Source: Novosphingobium sp. (GTDB lineage: Bacteria; Pseudomonadota; Alphaproteobacteria; Sphingomonadales; Sphingomonadaceae). Taken from it: a stretch of DNA of 64,000 bases. Made by a program: the position numbers and the translations under genes. Numbering within the stretch: the stretch's first letter is position 1; the number at the start of each line of letters is the position of its first letter. Where the stretch lies: NCBI GenBank assembly GCA_040377095.1, contig JBEIPK010000006.1:13923-77922 (forward strand), in the 5' to 3' direction. The notes beneath the pieces are model-generated. The model saw nothing but the letters and a program-made list of their open reading frames with translations, had not been told where the DNA came from and did not search any database. Of the stretch, positions 27,019 through 38,005 are shown in pieces.

Positions 27019-28383
27019 TCAAACGGACGTGGGCGGGTTTTCGTCGATCAGTCGCGGGGAAGCCGGCGCATGATCTCGCGCGCCCTTCCACAGCGTATGG
27101 AAGACCGCGAGCGCGAGGCTGAGGTAGACGACGAACGAGCCGGCCGCAACCGACCAGGCGATGCCTTCCAGCCCGCCTGCATAAAGCGCCGCAATACCCA
27201 GCCCGAGTGCCGCCGCGCCAAGCAGACGTGCCGCGAGCGCCTTGCCGGCGTGCCCGGTCGAATGGAGCACGGGCTCGAACGCCACGCTCGCCAGATCGAA
27301 GCTTGCGGCAATGGCAAGCGGAATGAGTACGACCGCGCCGCCCTCGAACGCAGAGCCGCCGATCAGCGACAGCACCTGCCGGCCAGCCAATACGGCCACC
27401 AGCACGATCACCGCGCCCGATCCGCCCGCAATCAGGCTGGTCCGCAGCGCGAGCTTGCGGAACTCACCGGGGTCCTCGGTGACGCGGGCCTTGGCGATTT
27501 CGGGATAAATGGCGCGCGTGAGCATGGTTGAAAGCTTGCTCATCGACTGGGCAAGCTGGCTGGCCAGGCGGTAGATACCCGCCGCCTTGGTGCCGACCAG
27601 CGCACCCACGGCCAGCAGCGGCCCGTGACGGACCAGCGCGTCGAGCGTGGCCGACAGATAAGTCACCAGAAAGAACCGTCCAACGCCCGGGTTTTCGCCA
27701 AGCGTCTGGCGCCATGCGCGCAGGTGGCCGAGCCGGACGGCCTGCGGGCACAGCCGCCGCGCCGCGATCCAGTAGGCAATCGCCTCGAGGATGTCGATCA
27801 GCGCCCATGCCAGCAGGAACCGCCCAACGCTCGGCCCCGTCCACCAGATCGCCAGCGCGGCAAGCAGTCGGCCCGTGGGCACGATCGCTTCGACATAGAC
27901 CGCGACGTCGAAGCGCCCCAGCGCACGAACGATGCCGGTCGGCGCTGAAACCAGAGCGAACAGGGCGAGGCAGCTATAGGCGAAGCCCAGGTCGACATAT
28001 TCCGGGTTCAGATCGAGCAGGTGCGCGAAGGCAAAGAAGATGACGGCGGCGAGCGCGCAGCCAAGCACCGCGCCCACCGCATCGAGTGCGCCCGCCAGCA
28101 CACCGAGACGGCCGAACTTGTCCCACTGCGCCTGATGGACATGTTCCGCGCCGTAGCGGACGACAACGCGCCAGGTCTGGAAGCCTGCCATCGCGATGAG
28201 GGCCTGCGCGGTCGTGAAAATCAGGGCGAAGTGACCAAACCCCTTGAGGCCCAGGGTCCTGGTCAGGATCGCCAGATAAATGATGGAGCAGATCGCCCCG
28301 AAGCCCTTGCCGCCCAGCAGCCAGCCCATGTTCGCCAACATGCGCCCCAATGCGGATTGTGCAGATACGGGACGGGCCGGCAT
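27019..28383 (-). CDS. MOP-superfamily oligosaccharide flippase-like membrane protein
   Basis: N.GWLL.GK....I....Y...L.R.LG..GFG.F; about 12 hydrophobic segments; AG.YRLA.QL. Confidence 0.8.
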   Translation of the reverse strand: MPARPVSAQSALGRMLANMGWLLGGKGFGAICSIIYLAILTRTLGLKGFGHFALIFTTAQALIAMAGFQTWRVVVRYGAEHVHQAQWDKFGRLGVLAGALDAVGAVLGCALAAVIFFAFAHLLDLNPEYVDLGFAYSCLALFALVSAPTGIVRALGRFDVAVYVEAIVPTGRLLAALAIWWTGPSVGRFLLAWALIDILEAIAYWIAARRLCPQAVRLGHLRAWRQTLGENPGVGRFFLVTYLSATLDALVRHGPLLAVGALVGTKAAGIYRLASQLAQSMSKLSTMLTRAIYPEIAKARVTEDPGEFRKLALRTSLIAGGSGAVIVLVAVLAGRQVLSLIGGSAFEGGAVVLIPLAIAASFDLASVAFEPVLHSTGHAGKALAARLLGAAALGLGIAALYAGGLEGIAWSVAAGSFVVYLSLALAVFHTLWKGARDHAPASPRLIDENPPTSV

Positions 28384-28478
28384 TGTCGCCAATTGGACGA
28401 GTGTTACAGTAAGCGCAAGGGCGCGGCGCTTTCACGCGACTGTTGCCAAACCTTGGGCAAACCGCCTAGCGACCTGGC

Positions 28479-29189
28479 ATGGACCAGATTGGCACTGATC
28501 CCGCGCGCGGGGACGAGGGGCGAATAGCCGTCGTGCTGCTTTCCGGCGGCCTCGATTCGATGGTGACGGCTGCGCTCGCAATCGAGGCGGGCTACCGTGT
28601 CCACGCACTCACCATCGACTACAACCAGCGCCACAGGCGCGAGATCGAAGCCGCCCGCAGCATCGCAGCGCATCTCGGGATCGAGCGTCAGATCGTGCTT
28701 CCGCTCGACTTGCGGCAGTTCGGCGGATCGGCGCTTACAGATGCCATCGACGTGCCCAAAGACGGTCTGGGCGAAAGCATCCCGGTGACCTACGTCCCGG
28801 CGCGCAATCTCGTGTTCCTGTCGCTAACGCTGGCCTGGTCCGAAGCGCTGGGCGCGCGAGACCTGTTCATCGGCGTCAACGCGCTCGATTATTCAGGCTA
28901 TCCAGATTGCCGGCCCGAATTCATCGATGGCTTTGCCCGGCTGGCAGAACTGGCGACCAAGGCAGGCGACTGTGGCGAGGCTTTCACGATCCACGCGCCG
29001 CTGCAACATATGTCAAAGGCCGACATCGCGCACGAGGCGCACCGCCTCGGGCTCGATCCCGCGATGGCGTGGTCGTGCTACGATCCGGAGCCGGACGGCC
29101 GCGCCTGCGGACTGTGCGACAGCTGCCGGCTGCGCAAGGCCGGGTTCGCGCAGGCCGGCCTGTTCGATTCGACGGACTACGCCGCCTGA
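28479..29189 (+). CDS. queC: 7-cyano-7-deazaguanine synthase
   Basis: SGGLDS, YNQRH..E, TYVPARN, DYSGYPDCR, WSCY..CG.CDSC.LR. Confidence 0.96.
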   Translation: MDQIGTDPARGDEGRIAVVLLSGGLDSMVTAALAIEAGYRVHALTIDYNQRHRREIEAARSIAAHLGIERQIVLPLDLRQFGGSALTDAIDVPKDGLGESIPVTYVPARNLVFLSLTLAWSEALGARDLFIGVNALDYSGYPDCRPEFIDGFARLAELATKAGDCGEAFTIHAPLQHMSKADIAHEAHRLGLDPAMAWSCYDPEPDGRACGLCDSCRLRKAGFAQAGLFDSTDYAA

Positions 29190-29199
29190 CGATCACACC

Positions 29200-29724
29200 T
29201 CAGGGCGTACGCGTCATCACGCCGCAGGCAATGCGCCCGCCGCTGTTGCCGCTCGGGTCGGTCTGCTGGTCGTCCGGAGAGGCGTGGATGACAACCGCTG
29301 CGCCGTCGACATCGAAAATCTGTGCGAGCACCGTGTCGGCCGGACCGGGTAGCGCGACCTCGAGCAATCCTGAGCCATCTGCCCCAATAACAAGGTTCGG
29401 CAAGTCCCCCAGATGGCTGCCCTTGGCATTGAGCGCGCCGTGCTGGTGTCCGCCCGGGTTAAGGTGACCGCCCGCGCTGGTGAATCCCGGCGCCTCGCAA
29501 AGCCCCGTCATGTGGAGGTGCGTGCCGTGCGGGCCAGCAGCGAGCCCGTTCCCTTCGATCCGCAGCATGAGCGCGTCACCGGTGCGCCGAAGGGTCGCCT
29601 CGCCCCGCGAAGCGCCATCGGCGGAGACGAGTGCGGCGCTTGCGATGGGCGATACCTCGCGACCGGTCGTGGCGCAGGCGGCAAGCACGGCAAGGGTGGA
29701 AAGGGTGAGGAATGGACGGATCAT
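29200..29724 (-). CDS. sodC: Cu/Zn superoxide dismutase lipoprotein
   Basis: Lipobox LAAC; HGTHLH, GGHLNP, HG..HLGDLPN, VIH..DD, GNSGGRIACG. Confidence 0.92.
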   Translation of the reverse strand: MIRPFLTLSTLAVLAACATTGREVSPIASAALVSADGASRGEATLRRTGDALMLRIEGNGLAAGPHGTHLHMTGLCEAPGFTSAGGHLNPGGHQHGALNAKGSHLGDLPNLVIGADGSGLLEVALPGPADTVLAQIFDVDGAAVVIHASPDDQQTDPSGNSGGRIACGVMTRTP

Positions 29725-29885
29725 GGGACGCGCTCCTGTTCGCGATCGGTATCTGGCCTGGATGTCGCTGCGGCAAGAAAACCGCCTGACACAGGTTCGG
29801 CGCATTCCTGCGACCGACCAGCATCGTGCGGGATGGGTGGAAGCGTCAAGTCGGCCGGTGGTTCCCCACACTTCATCGCGGGCGC

Positions 29886-29970
29886 TGGTGCGGACGGCGG
29901 GACTCGAACCCGCACGAGCAAAGCTCAGGGGATTTTAAGTCCCCGGCGTCTACCATTCCGCCACGTCCGC
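29886..29970 (-). tRNA. tRNA-Leu(TAA)
   Basis: GCGGACG acceptor stem, GGGGA-CT-TAA-AA-TCCCC anticodon arm, long variable arm, GGTTCGAGTCC, encoded CCA. Confidence 0.97.
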
Positions 29971-30027
29971 AGCGAGCCGCCGGGCGGGCCGGCGGCCATT
30001 TCAAATGCACGAAACGCCCGAGCGCCG

Positions 30028-30309
30028 TCAGTCAGTGTTTAAGCGGGCGCGCATTTCCTTGCCGGGCTTGAAATAGGGCACGCGCTTTTCGGGCACCTGG
30101 ACCGAATCGCCGGTGCGCGGGTTGCGACCCTTGCGCGCCTCACGGTGGCGGGTGGAAAACGCGCCGAAGCCGCGCAGTTCGACTCGGCCGCCGGCCGCAA
30201 GGCGATCGGCGATCTCGTCGAAGAAGATATCGACCGCGCGCTCCACGTCTTCAGCCCGCAATTCGGGATTTTCGCGCGCCAGAGCCAGCAAAAGTTCCGA
30301 TCTGATCAC
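30028..30309 (-). CDS. ihfB: Integration host factor beta subunit
   Basis: GTG start, [11 protein letters not shown]; [37 protein letters not shown]. Confidence 0.94.
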   Translation of the reverse strand: MIRSELLLALARENPELRAEDVERAVDIFFDEIADRLAAGGRVELRGFGAFSTRHREARKGRNPRTGDSVQVPEKRVPYFKPGKEMRARLNTD

Positions 30310-30597
30310 GTAGGCACCCCCAATTTGCCAAGACCGCGCCGCCCCCCGGCGGCAACAAACCACGCCTCGAAAAGCGGGCTCCGTTTTCACAAACTGCCAC
30401 GAAAGCCTTGTTTGCGCAATGGATTACCTTTGAGGCCTGCGTTCCGGCTTGAAGCGCGGCTTGCAGGCCTTGAAGAGCGTGCCGCTTCACGCGCTTCCGG
30501 CCATGCTGGGCCCTTCACACAGCGGTTTTCCTCGCTAGTCTGCGCCTCGCGTCGGCGCTCTGCCGGAACATGCGCCAAGGCGAGAGGTTTTGAGGCC

Positions 30598-32184
30598 ATG
30601 AAGGACATCGCCAACTGGAACGAGGGCGACTGGATTGGCGCGATAGCGGCCGTTGCACTCTTTGCGGTGCTTGTCGTTGGCGGGTTGATCGCCTCGCGCC
30701 GCAGCGAGGAATTCGCCGGCCATCCACGCGGCCTCTACGTGCTGTTCTATGCGGAAATGTGGGAGCGCTTTTCCTACTACGGCATGCGCGCCCTGCTCGT
30801 GCTCTACCTCACCAAGCACTGGCTGTTTGCCGACGGCAAGGCCAACCTCGTGTACGGCGCCTACGGCGCGCTGGTTTATATCATGCCGGTGCTGGGCGGC
30901 ATCCTGGCTGACCGCTGGCTCGGCCAGCGCAAGGCCGTGATCTTCGGCGGCGTGCTGCTGGCAATCGGGCACGGCTTGATGGCGGTGGAAGGCGGCGGCG
31001 ACCAGACCGACCCCGCGATCAACGTGTTCTGGGCGGCACTGGCCTTCATCATCGTCGGCTCGGGGTTCCTCAAGGCCAACATTTCGGTCATCGTCGGACA
31101 GCTCTACAAGATGACCGATACCCGGCGCGACGCGGCCTATACAATCTTCTACATGGGAGTGAACGTCGGCGCGGCGCTGGGCACGATCCTCGTCGGCTAT
31201 CTGGGCGAGACGATCGGCTGGGCCTACGGCTTCGGCCTGGCCGGGATTGGCATGGTCATCGGCCTCATCATTTTCATCGCCGGCCGCCGGGCGCTGCGCG
31301 GGCACGGCGAGCCGCCAGCGCTGTTGCCAAAGGCGCACGAGAACGCGCTCTATGCAATCGGCCTCGGCGCAGTGGCGGCAGTCTGGCTGCTGATCCAGTT
31401 CCAGGACGTCATCCAGAACCTGCTGATCGTCAGCGGCCTCGCCATGCTCGGCTATACGCTTTACGAAGCCTTCAAGCTGCCCAAGGAACCGCGCGAGCGC
31501 ATCTTCGCGATGCTGTTCCTGATCGCGCTCAACCCCATTTTCTGGGGTCTGTTTGAGCAGGCGGGCGGGAGCCTCAACCTCTATACGGACAAGTTCGTCG
31601 ACAAGGGCGGGGTGCCGACCAGCCTCTTCCAGTCGATCAACCCCATCTACATCGTGCTGTTCGCCCCGCTGTTCGCCGCGCTGTGGCAGTGGCTCGGCCG
31701 CAAGGGGCTCGAGCCTTCCGCCCCGGCCAAGTTCGGGCTGGCGCTGACGCAGGTGGGTTTAGGCTTCCTTGTCTTCGTGTGGGGCGCGAATACGGTGGGC
31801 AGCGCAGTGATGACCCCTGTCCTCTTCGTGTTCTTGATCTACCTGCTCCACACCACGGGCGAGCTTTGCCTATCGCCTGTCGGCCTCTCGGCCATGGCGC
31901 GCCTCGCGCCGCTCCACCTCGCCAGCTTCGTCATGGGTGCTTGGTTCTACATGACGGCCGTCGGCAATTTCGTCGCCGGCAAGATTGGCGAGGCGACCGG
32001 CGGCGAGGGCGGCGAGATGAGCAAGGAGCTGACCTTGCAGATCTACAACAAGATCGGCTGGATCACGATCGGCGTTTCGGTGGTGGTGCTGGCGGTATCG
32101 CCCTTCGTGAAGCGCTGGATGCACCTCGATACGCTGGATGACCGGGCGGAGAAGGACCTGCAGGAGACAGCACAAGGCGGTTAG
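30598..32184 (+). CDS. POT/PTR-family peptide:H+ symporter
   Basis: GHPRGL..LF..EMWERFSYYGMRA (ExxERF), FYMGVNVGA, GELCLSPVGLS. Confidence 0.93.
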   Translation: MKDIANWNEGDWIGAIAAVALFAVLVVGGLIASRRSEEFAGHPRGLYVLFYAEMWERFSYYGMRALLVLYLTKHWLFADGKANLVYGAYGALVYIMPVLGGILADRWLGQRKAVIFGGVLLAIGHGLMAVEGGGDQTDPAINVFWAALAFIIVGSGFLKANISVIVGQLYKMTDTRRDAAYTIFYMGVNVGAALGTILVGYLGETIGWAYGFGLAGIGMVIGLIIFIAGRRALRGHGEPPALLPKAHENALYAIGLGAVAAVWLLIQFQDVIQNLLIVSGLAMLGYTLYEAFKLPKEPRERIFAMLFLIALNPIFWGLFEQAGGSLNLYTDKFVDKGGVPTSLFQSINPIYIVLFAPLFAALWQWLGRKGLEPSAPAKFGLALTQVGLGFLVFVWGANTVGSAVMTPVLFVFLIYLLHTTGELCLSPVGLSAMARLAPLHLASFVMGAWFYMTAVGNFVAGKIGEATGGEGGEMSKELTLQIYNKIGWITIGVSVVVLAVSPFVKRWMHLDTLDDRAEKDLQETAQGG

Positions 32185-32221
32185 GGTCGGCGCATCCATT
32201 GTGGCATCAGGGGGAAAGCAA

Positions 32222-32908
32222 ATGACATCAGCAGAAGCGTCGCTCGTCGCGGCGAACGTGGCCTTCGTCGGCAGCCATTTCGCGCTGTCCCATCCGTTTC
32301 GCGCGCCGCTGGTTCGCATGGCTGGCGAGAAGGGCTTCCTCGGGCTCTACTCGCTGATCTCGCTGGCCAGCTTCGCCTGGGTCGTGATCGCTTTCCGCGC
32401 GGTCGGTCCGGGCGGCGCGCAGGCGTGGGACGGGAGCGCCACCGCGCCGTGGATCGCGGCCAGCGTTCTGACCGTGCTGGCGGCCACGCTGCTCGTCGGA
32501 TCGTTGCGCGGCAATCCGGCCTTGCCCGATACCGCAGTCGAAGCTGTTGCGGCAGCGACCCCCAACGGCGTGTTCGCCGTCACCCGCCATCCGATGATGT
32601 GGGGTTTTGCGCTTTGGGCGCTCGCGCACCTCATCGTCGCGCCCAATGCCCGCACCGGCATAACCGCGGGCGCGATGGGCGTGCTCGCGCTGCTCGGGGC
32701 GCACTTGCAGGATCGCAAGAAAGAGGCGCTGCTGCGCGGCGTCTGGCAAGGCTGGGAAGCGCGGACGAGCTATTGGCCGCGGCTTGGCAACCTGGGCCGA
32801 ATCGGTGCAGGCGCATGGCTAGGCGGACTGGCCTTCTGGCTTGCCGCGACATGGCTTCACAACATCTGGGCCAGCATCCCGGCCGGTGCGTTCAGGTGGC
32901 TCGGCTGA
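32222..32908 (+). CDS. NnrU-family membrane protein
   Basis: FVGSHF.LS..R..L, TRHPMMWGFALWALAH, QD.KK, W..W...TS.WP. Confidence 0.88.
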   Translation: MTSAEASLVAANVAFVGSHFALSHPFRAPLVRMAGEKGFLGLYSLISLASFAWVVIAFRAVGPGGAQAWDGSATAPWIAASVLTVLAATLLVGSLRGNPALPDTAVEAVAAATPNGVFAVTRHPMMWGFALWALAHLIVAPNARTGITAGAMGVLALLGAHLQDRKKEALLRGVWQGWEARTSYWPRLGNLGRIGAGAWLGGLAFWLAATWLHNIWASIPAGAFRWLG

Positions 32909-34846
32909 TCACGCCCGCGCCTCCGCCGCGCCGCCTGCATCGTTCCAGCGCAGCGCCTTCAGGACCGTATCGACGATCTGCGGGGCGTTGAGCCCGGCCT
33001 GGTCATATTGCTTGTCCGGGCTGTCCTGGTCCTGAAACACATCGGGCAGGCGCATGGTGCGGATCTTGAGGCCCGCATCGGTCAGACCTTCGTCGCTGGC
33101 GAGCGTCAGGACATGAGCGCCAAGTCCACCGATGGCGCCTTCCTCGATGGTCACGACAACATCGTGCGTCGTCATCAGGCGGCGGATGAGGGCCTCGTCG
33201 AGCGGCTTGGCAAAGCGCAGGTCCGCAACGGTCGTCGAAAGCCCGCGTGCATCGAGCGCATCGGCGGATTTGAGCGCCTCCGCCAGCCGCGTGCCGAGCG
33301 AGAGCAGCGCGATTTTCGATCCCTGCCGCACGATCCGACCCTTGCCGATTTCCAGGCGCTCGGGCACTTGGGGAAGCGCAACGCCGGTGCCGTTGCCGCG
33401 CGGATAGCGGAAGGCGATCGGGCCATCGTCATAAAGCGCGGCAGTGTGCGTCATGTGGACCAGCTCTGCCTCGTCGGCAGCGGCCATGACGACCATGTTG
33501 GGCAGCGTCGCCAGATAAGTGACGTCGAATGACCCCGCATGGGTCGCCCCGTCCGCGCCGACCAACCCCGCCCGGTCGATCGCGAAACGCACCGGCAAGT
33601 TCTGGATGGCGACATCGTGCACGACCTGATCGTAGGCGCGCTGGAGAAAGGTCGAATAGATCGCGCAGAACGGCCGCATCCCCTGCGCGGCAAGGCCGGC
33701 GGCGAACGTGACCGCATGCTGCTCGGCAATGCCGACATCGAACGAGCGGTCCGGAAACTTCTCCGCGAACTTGTCGAGCCCGGTTCCCGAAGGCATGGCG
33801 GCGGTGATCGCGATGATCCTGCTGTCCCGCTCTGCCTCGGCAATCAGGGCATGCGCGAAGACATTGGTATAGCTGGGCGGCCCGGCCGCGCCTTTGACCT
33901 GCTCGCCGGTGATGACGTCAAACTTCTGGACGCCGTGATACTTGTCCGCCGAAGCCTCGGCCGGGGCATAGCCCTTGCCCTTCTGCGTCACGACATGGAC
34001 GAGGCACGGCCCTTCATCGGCGTCGCGCACGTTTTCCAGCACCGGGATCAGCTGGTCGAGGTTATGGCCGTCGATCGGGCCGACATAATAGAAGCCCAGC
34101 TCCTCGAACAGGGTGCCGCCCATCGCCATACCGCGCGCGAACTCGTCAGCCTTGTGGGCGGCCTTGTGCAGCGGCTCGGGCAGCTTGCGCGAGATGCGGC
34201 GCGCCAGTTCGCGCAGCGAAAGGAACGGGCGCGAGGAAACCAGCCGCGCCAGATAGGCGGAAAGTCCGCCCACCGGCGGGGCAATCGACATGTCGTTGTC
34301 GTTGAGGATGACGACGAGTCGGTTGCCCGCCGCCTGCGCATTGTTCATGGCTTCATAAGCCATCCCTGCACTCATGGCGCCGTCGCCGATCACGGCAATG
34401 CCGCGTCCGGGCCGGTCCGACAGCTTGTTAGCCAGCGCAAAGCCCAGCGCCGCGGAGATCGAGGTGGACGAATGCGCCGCGCCGAAGGGATCGTACTCGC
34501 TCTCGCTGCGCTTGGTGAAGCCCGATAGTCCGCCGCCGGCCCGCAAGGTGCGCATCCGGCTGCGCCGCCCGGTCAGGATCTTGTGCGGATAGGCCTGATG
34601 GCCGACGTCCCAGATCAGCCGGTCTTCGGGCGTGTTGAACACATAGTGGATCGCGGTCGTCAGCTCGACCACACCGAGTCCGGAGCCGAGGTGCCCGCCC
34701 GTCTGCCCGACGGCAGCGATGGTCTCAGCACGCAGCTCGTCTGCCAGTTGGCGCAACTGATCGGGCCTGAGGCGGCGCAGGTCGGAGGGCGTGTCAACCG
34801 TATCAAGCAGGGGCGTAAGCGGTTCACGCGTCATTTCGGACGTCAT
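32909..34846 (-). CDS. dxs: 1-deoxy-D-xylulose-5-phosphate synthase
   Basis: [69 protein letters not shown]. Confidence 0.97.
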   Translation of the reverse strand: MTSEMTREPLTPLLDTVDTPSDLRRLRPDQLRQLADELRAETIAAVGQTGGHLGSGLGVVELTTAIHYVFNTPEDRLIWDVGHQAYPHKILTGRRSRMRTLRAGGGLSGFTKRSESEYDPFGAAHSSTSISAALGFALANKLSDRPGRGIAVIGDGAMSAGMAYEAMNNAQAAGNRLVVILNDNDMSIAPPVGGLSAYLARLVSSRPFLSLRELARRISRKLPEPLHKAAHKADEFARGMAMGGTLFEELGFYYVGPIDGHNLDQLIPVLENVRDADEGPCLVHVVTQKGKGYAPAEASADKYHGVQKFDVITGEQVKGAAGPPSYTNVFAHALIAEAERDSRIIAITAAMPSGTGLDKFAEKFPDRSFDVGIAEQHAVTFAAGLAAQGMRPFCAIYSTFLQRAYDQVVHDVAIQNLPVRFAIDRAGLVGADGATHAGSFDVTYLATLPNMVVMAAADEAELVHMTHTAALYDDGPIAFRYPRGNGTGVALPQVPERLEIGKGRIVRQGSKIALLSLGTRLAEALKSADALDARGLSTTVADLRFAKPLDEALIRRLMTTHDVVVTIEEGAIGGLGAHVLTLASDEGLTDAGLKIRTMRLPDVFQDQDSPDKQYDQAGLNAPQIVDTVLKALRWNDAGGAAEARA

Positions 34847-34915
34847 CGATGCGCCTTACATGATCGGCGCGGCAGTGTCGATGAAGTGCGTGCGGCGAAA
34901 GTCGATCGCGCGGCC

Positions 34916-35374
34916 CTAGGCACAGGCGGAACAGCGGCCGCGCACTTCGACCACGGGGTGAACATCGGCAAAGCCCGCACCGCGCGCCGCCGCCACCAGC
35001 GCGTCGGTCAGCGTGTCGTCATCGAAATGAACCGTGCGGCCGCAGTGGTCGCAGATCAGGAACATGCAATCGTGATGGCAACCGGGGTGGCTATTGGCGA
35101 GATAGGCGTTGGCACTCTCGACCCGGCGGGCGAGATTGGTTCGCACGAATAGGTCGAGGATGCGGTAAACGCTGTTGGCCGCCACCCTGCGGCCGCGCAG
35201 CGCCGACACGCTCTCCGCGATGTCATAGGCGGAGGCGGGCCGGTCCTGCCCGGCAAGCGCCTCGAACACCGTGGCGCGCATCCCGGTCCACTGCTCGCCC
35301 GCATCGGTCAGGGCGGCGCGCGCGGCCGCGATCAGGTTGTCGCCGGAATGTTCGGAGTGCTCGTGGCGGTGCAT
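34916..35374 (-). CDS. zur: Fur-family regulator, Zur-like
   Basis: His-rich N-terminus, SAYDI, VYRILD, ES.NAY, FLICDHCG and terminal C..C. Confidence 0.8.
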   Translation of the reverse strand: MHRHEHSEHSGDNLIAAARAALTDAGEQWTGMRATVFEALAGQDRPASAYDIAESVSALRGRRVAANSVYRILDLFVRTNLARRVESANAYLANSHPGCHHDCMFLICDHCGRTVHFDDDTLTDALVAAARGAGFADVHPVVEVRGRCSACA

Positions 35375-35410
35375 GGTGCAAACATAGGCCTTGCCCGCGT
35401 CTGCCGCAAC

Positions 35411-36094
35411 TCAGCCCGGAACGAAGCCGCGCCGGTAGTGCTGGGGAAACAACCGTGCGAGGCCGCTGACCTTGGGCGCGTCCCAGCGCAAGATGTAGGG
35501 ATGGCGCGCATTGTTCGCGGCAAAATCCTGATGCTCGGCCTCGGCGGGGTAGAAGCGGCGCAGTGGCTCGATCCGTGTGACGATCGCCGTCTTCCACAGA
35601 CCAGACCCTCGCAGCTGCGCCAGGTAGGCGGTCGCCGTCGCGCGCTGCTCGCCCGAAACAGGAACGAGCGCGGTGCGGTACTGGGAACCGACGTCCGGGC
35701 CCTGCCGGTCAAGCTGGGTGGGATCGGCGACGACCGAGAAGAACACGCGCAGCAGCTGGTCATAACGCACGACGGCGGGATCATAGGTGACGCGCACGGT
35801 TTCAGCATGGCCGGTGTCCCCGCGCCCGATCCGCCCATAGCGCGCATCGGCGCGCGATCCGCCGTGATAGCCCGAGACCGCGCTCGTCACGCCGTTCACA
35901 TGGCTGAACACGGCCTCGACGCCCCAGAAGCATCCGCCGGCAAAAATGGCCGTCTTGAGGCCAGGCGTTTCCTCGGCCGGCTGCGCTGCTACAGGCGCCA
36001 TGACGATCTCGCTGGCCGCGCCTGCAGGGGCGCACGAAGCCAGTGCTACAAATGACGCACAGGCGAGGGTCATGACCCCGCGCCTGGGCTTCAT
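35411..36094 (-). CDS. msrA: Exported peptide-methionine (S)-S-oxide reductase
   Basis: AGGCFWGVE, GHAE.V...YDP, DPTQLDRQGPDVG.QYR, FYPAEAEHQ; N-terminal signal or lipobox (LASC). Confidence 0.92.
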   Translation of the reverse strand: MKPRRGVMTLACASFVALASCAPAGAASEIVMAPVAAQPAEETPGLKTAIFAGGCFWGVEAVFSHVNGVTSAVSGYHGGSRADARYGRIGRGDTGHAETVRVTYDPAVVRYDQLLRVFFSVVADPTQLDRQGPDVGSQYRTALVPVSGEQRATATAYLAQLRGSGLWKTAIVTRIEPLRRFYPAEAEHQDFAANNARHPYILRWDAPKVSGLARLFPQHYRRGFVPG

Positions 36095-36104
36095 GACTGC
36101 GGGA

Positions 36105-36257
36105 TCATTTGAACGGGGCGGCTTCGGCAACCGGAACGACGCCGTGTGCCAGGTCGCGGCCCATGTCTGCCCCGCCCATCGACGCGGCAACGAGCGCAAT
36201 TCCTGCAACGAACCCGAATGCGAAGTAACGGGCAAACTGGGTTTTCAGCAGGCGCAT
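36105..36257 (-). CDS. Small membrane/exported protein upstream of msrA
   Basis: 50 aa MRLLKTQFARYFAFGFVAGIALVAASM..; GAGGAG upstream; ends 10 nt before the msrA start. Confidence 0.6.
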   Translation of the reverse strand: MRLLKTQFARYFAFGFVAGIALVAASMGGADMGRDLAHGVVPVAEAAPFK

Positions 36258-36407
36258 CGACGCGGGGCTCCTCGGCGTGGTTCGTATAAGGGACATTGCG
36301 TGTCCCCGGCATCAGATAGCCACGCCCCTGCTTGCCAGCGACTGAATAGAACAGCCCGCAAGAGGGGGCGCTGCGGTGAACGGTTTGACGCCCGCGACGA
36401 ATGGTTG

Positions 36408-37997
36408 TCAGTGGCGGAAGTGGCGCATCCCGGTGAAGACCATGGCAATGCCTCGCGCGTCGGCCGCGGCGATCACTTCAGCGTCGCGAATTGAACCACC
36501 CGGCTGGATCACGGCCGTGGCGCCCGCTTCGGCAGCCGCCTCCAGCCCGTCGGCGAAAGGGAAGAACGCGTCGGAGGCAACCGCACTGCCGATGGTGAGC
36601 GGCTGGTCCCAGCCATGCGTCTCGGCGGCTTCGATCGCCTTGGCCGCGGCAATCCGCGAAGAATCCCGCCGGTTCATCTGGCCCGCGCCGATGCCGGCGG
36701 TCACTCCGTCCCTGGCATAGACGATGGCGTTCGATTTCACGTGGCGGGCAACGGTCCAGGCAAACAGGCAGTCACTCAGTTCCTGCTCGCTCGGCGCGCG
36801 CTTCGTGACCACGCGGAGCGCCTCGGGGCCGACGTGGCCGCTGTCGCGGTCCTGCACCAGCAGCCCGCCCGCGATCACTGCCATCGTCTGCCCCTTGCGG
36901 CGCGGATCGGGCAGCGCATCGACCAGCAGCAGGCGGAGGTTCTTCTTGGCGGCGAACGCGGCTATCGCGGCGTCATCTGCGCCGGGTGCGATCACGACCT
37001 CGGTAAAGATCTTGCAGATCGCTTCGGCGGTCGGCCCGTCGAGCGGCACGTTGACCGCAACGATGCCGCCGAAGGCGGAGACCGAATCGCAAGCCAGCGC
37101 CTGCCGCCAGGCATCGAGCAGGCCGGCGCGCTGGGCAACGCCGCAGGGATTGGCGTGCTTGACGATGACCACGGCGGGCTTGCCGCCGGCGAACTCGGCG
37201 ACGAGTTCCAGCGCTGCACTGGCATCGTTGTAGTTGTTGTACGACAGCTCCTTGCCCTGCACTTGGCGCGCCTGCGCGATGCCGGGAGCCTCGGCACTGT
37301 CGGATACATAGAGCGCGGCCGACTGGTGGGGGTTCTCGCCATAGCGCAGCGTCGTCACCAGACGGTGCGCGGCGGTGCGCAGGGGTGCAAACGCCTCACC
37401 CTGATCGGCCGCGGAAAACCAGCCGGCAATCGCCGCGTCGTAGGCCGCCGTCGCGGCAAAGGCGCGGGCAGCCATCCTTTTGCGGAAATCCAGCCTGGTC
37501 GCGCCGCCTGTCTCGTCAAGTTCGGCAAGCAGCGCGGGATAATCCGCCGGGTTTGTGACGATGGCCACGAAGGCGTGGTTCTTGGCCGCCGAGCGGACCA
37601 TCGACGGGCCGCCGATGTCGATGTTCTCGATCACGTCCTCGCGGCCCGCGCCGCGCGCCACGGTCTCTCGGAAGGGATAGAGATTGACCACGACAAGGTC
37701 GATCGCGCCGATGGCGTGCTCTGCCATCGCGGCGGCATGTTCCGGATTGTCGCGCACGGCAAGCAGCCCGCCGTGCACCATCGGGTGCAGCGTCTTGACG
37801 CGGCCGTCCATCATCTCGGGAAAGCCGGTCAGGTCCGAGACGTCGCGCACGGCAAGCCCCGCCTCGCGCAGCGCCTTTGCGGTGCCGCCTGTCGAGACCA
37901 GTTCGACGCCGCGTGCCGCCAGCGCCGTCCCCAGATCGATCAGGCCGGCCTTGTCGGACACCGAAAGCAGCGCCCGGCGGATCGTCACATCTGACAT
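36408..37997 (-). CDS. purH: Bifunctional AICAR transformylase/IMP cyclohydrolase
   Basis: [65 protein letters not shown]. Confidence 0.97.
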   Translation of the reverse strand: MSDVTIRRALLSVSDKAGLIDLGTALAARGVELVSTGGTAKALREAGLAVRDVSDLTGFPEMMDGRVKTLHPMVHGGLLAVRDNPEHAAAMAEHAIGAIDLVVVNLYPFRETVARGAGREDVIENIDIGGPSMVRSAAKNHAFVAIVTNPADYPALLAELDETGGATRLDFRKRMAARAFAATAAYDAAIAGWFSAADQGEAFAPLRTAAHRLVTTLRYGENPHQSAALYVSDSAEAPGIAQARQVQGKELSYNNYNDASAALELVAEFAGGKPAVVIVKHANPCGVAQRAGLLDAWRQALACDSVSAFGGIVAVNVPLDGPTAEAICKIFTEVVIAPGADDAAIAAFAAKKNLRLLLVDALPDPRRKGQTMAVIAGGLLVQDRDSGHVGPEALRVVTKRAPSEQELSDCLFAWTVARHVKSNAIVYARDGVTAGIGAGQMNRRDSSRIAAAKAIEAAETHGWDQPLTIGSAVASDAFFPFADGLEAAAEAGATAVIQPGGSIRDAEVIAAADARGIAMVFTGMRHFRH

Positions 37998-38005
37998 TGG
38001 TATGC

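Noticed and set aside
29820-29970. tRNA-Leu as an integration site for an island
   Set aside because: No duplicated tRNA 3' end or integrase was seen; the flanks are sodC and ihfB
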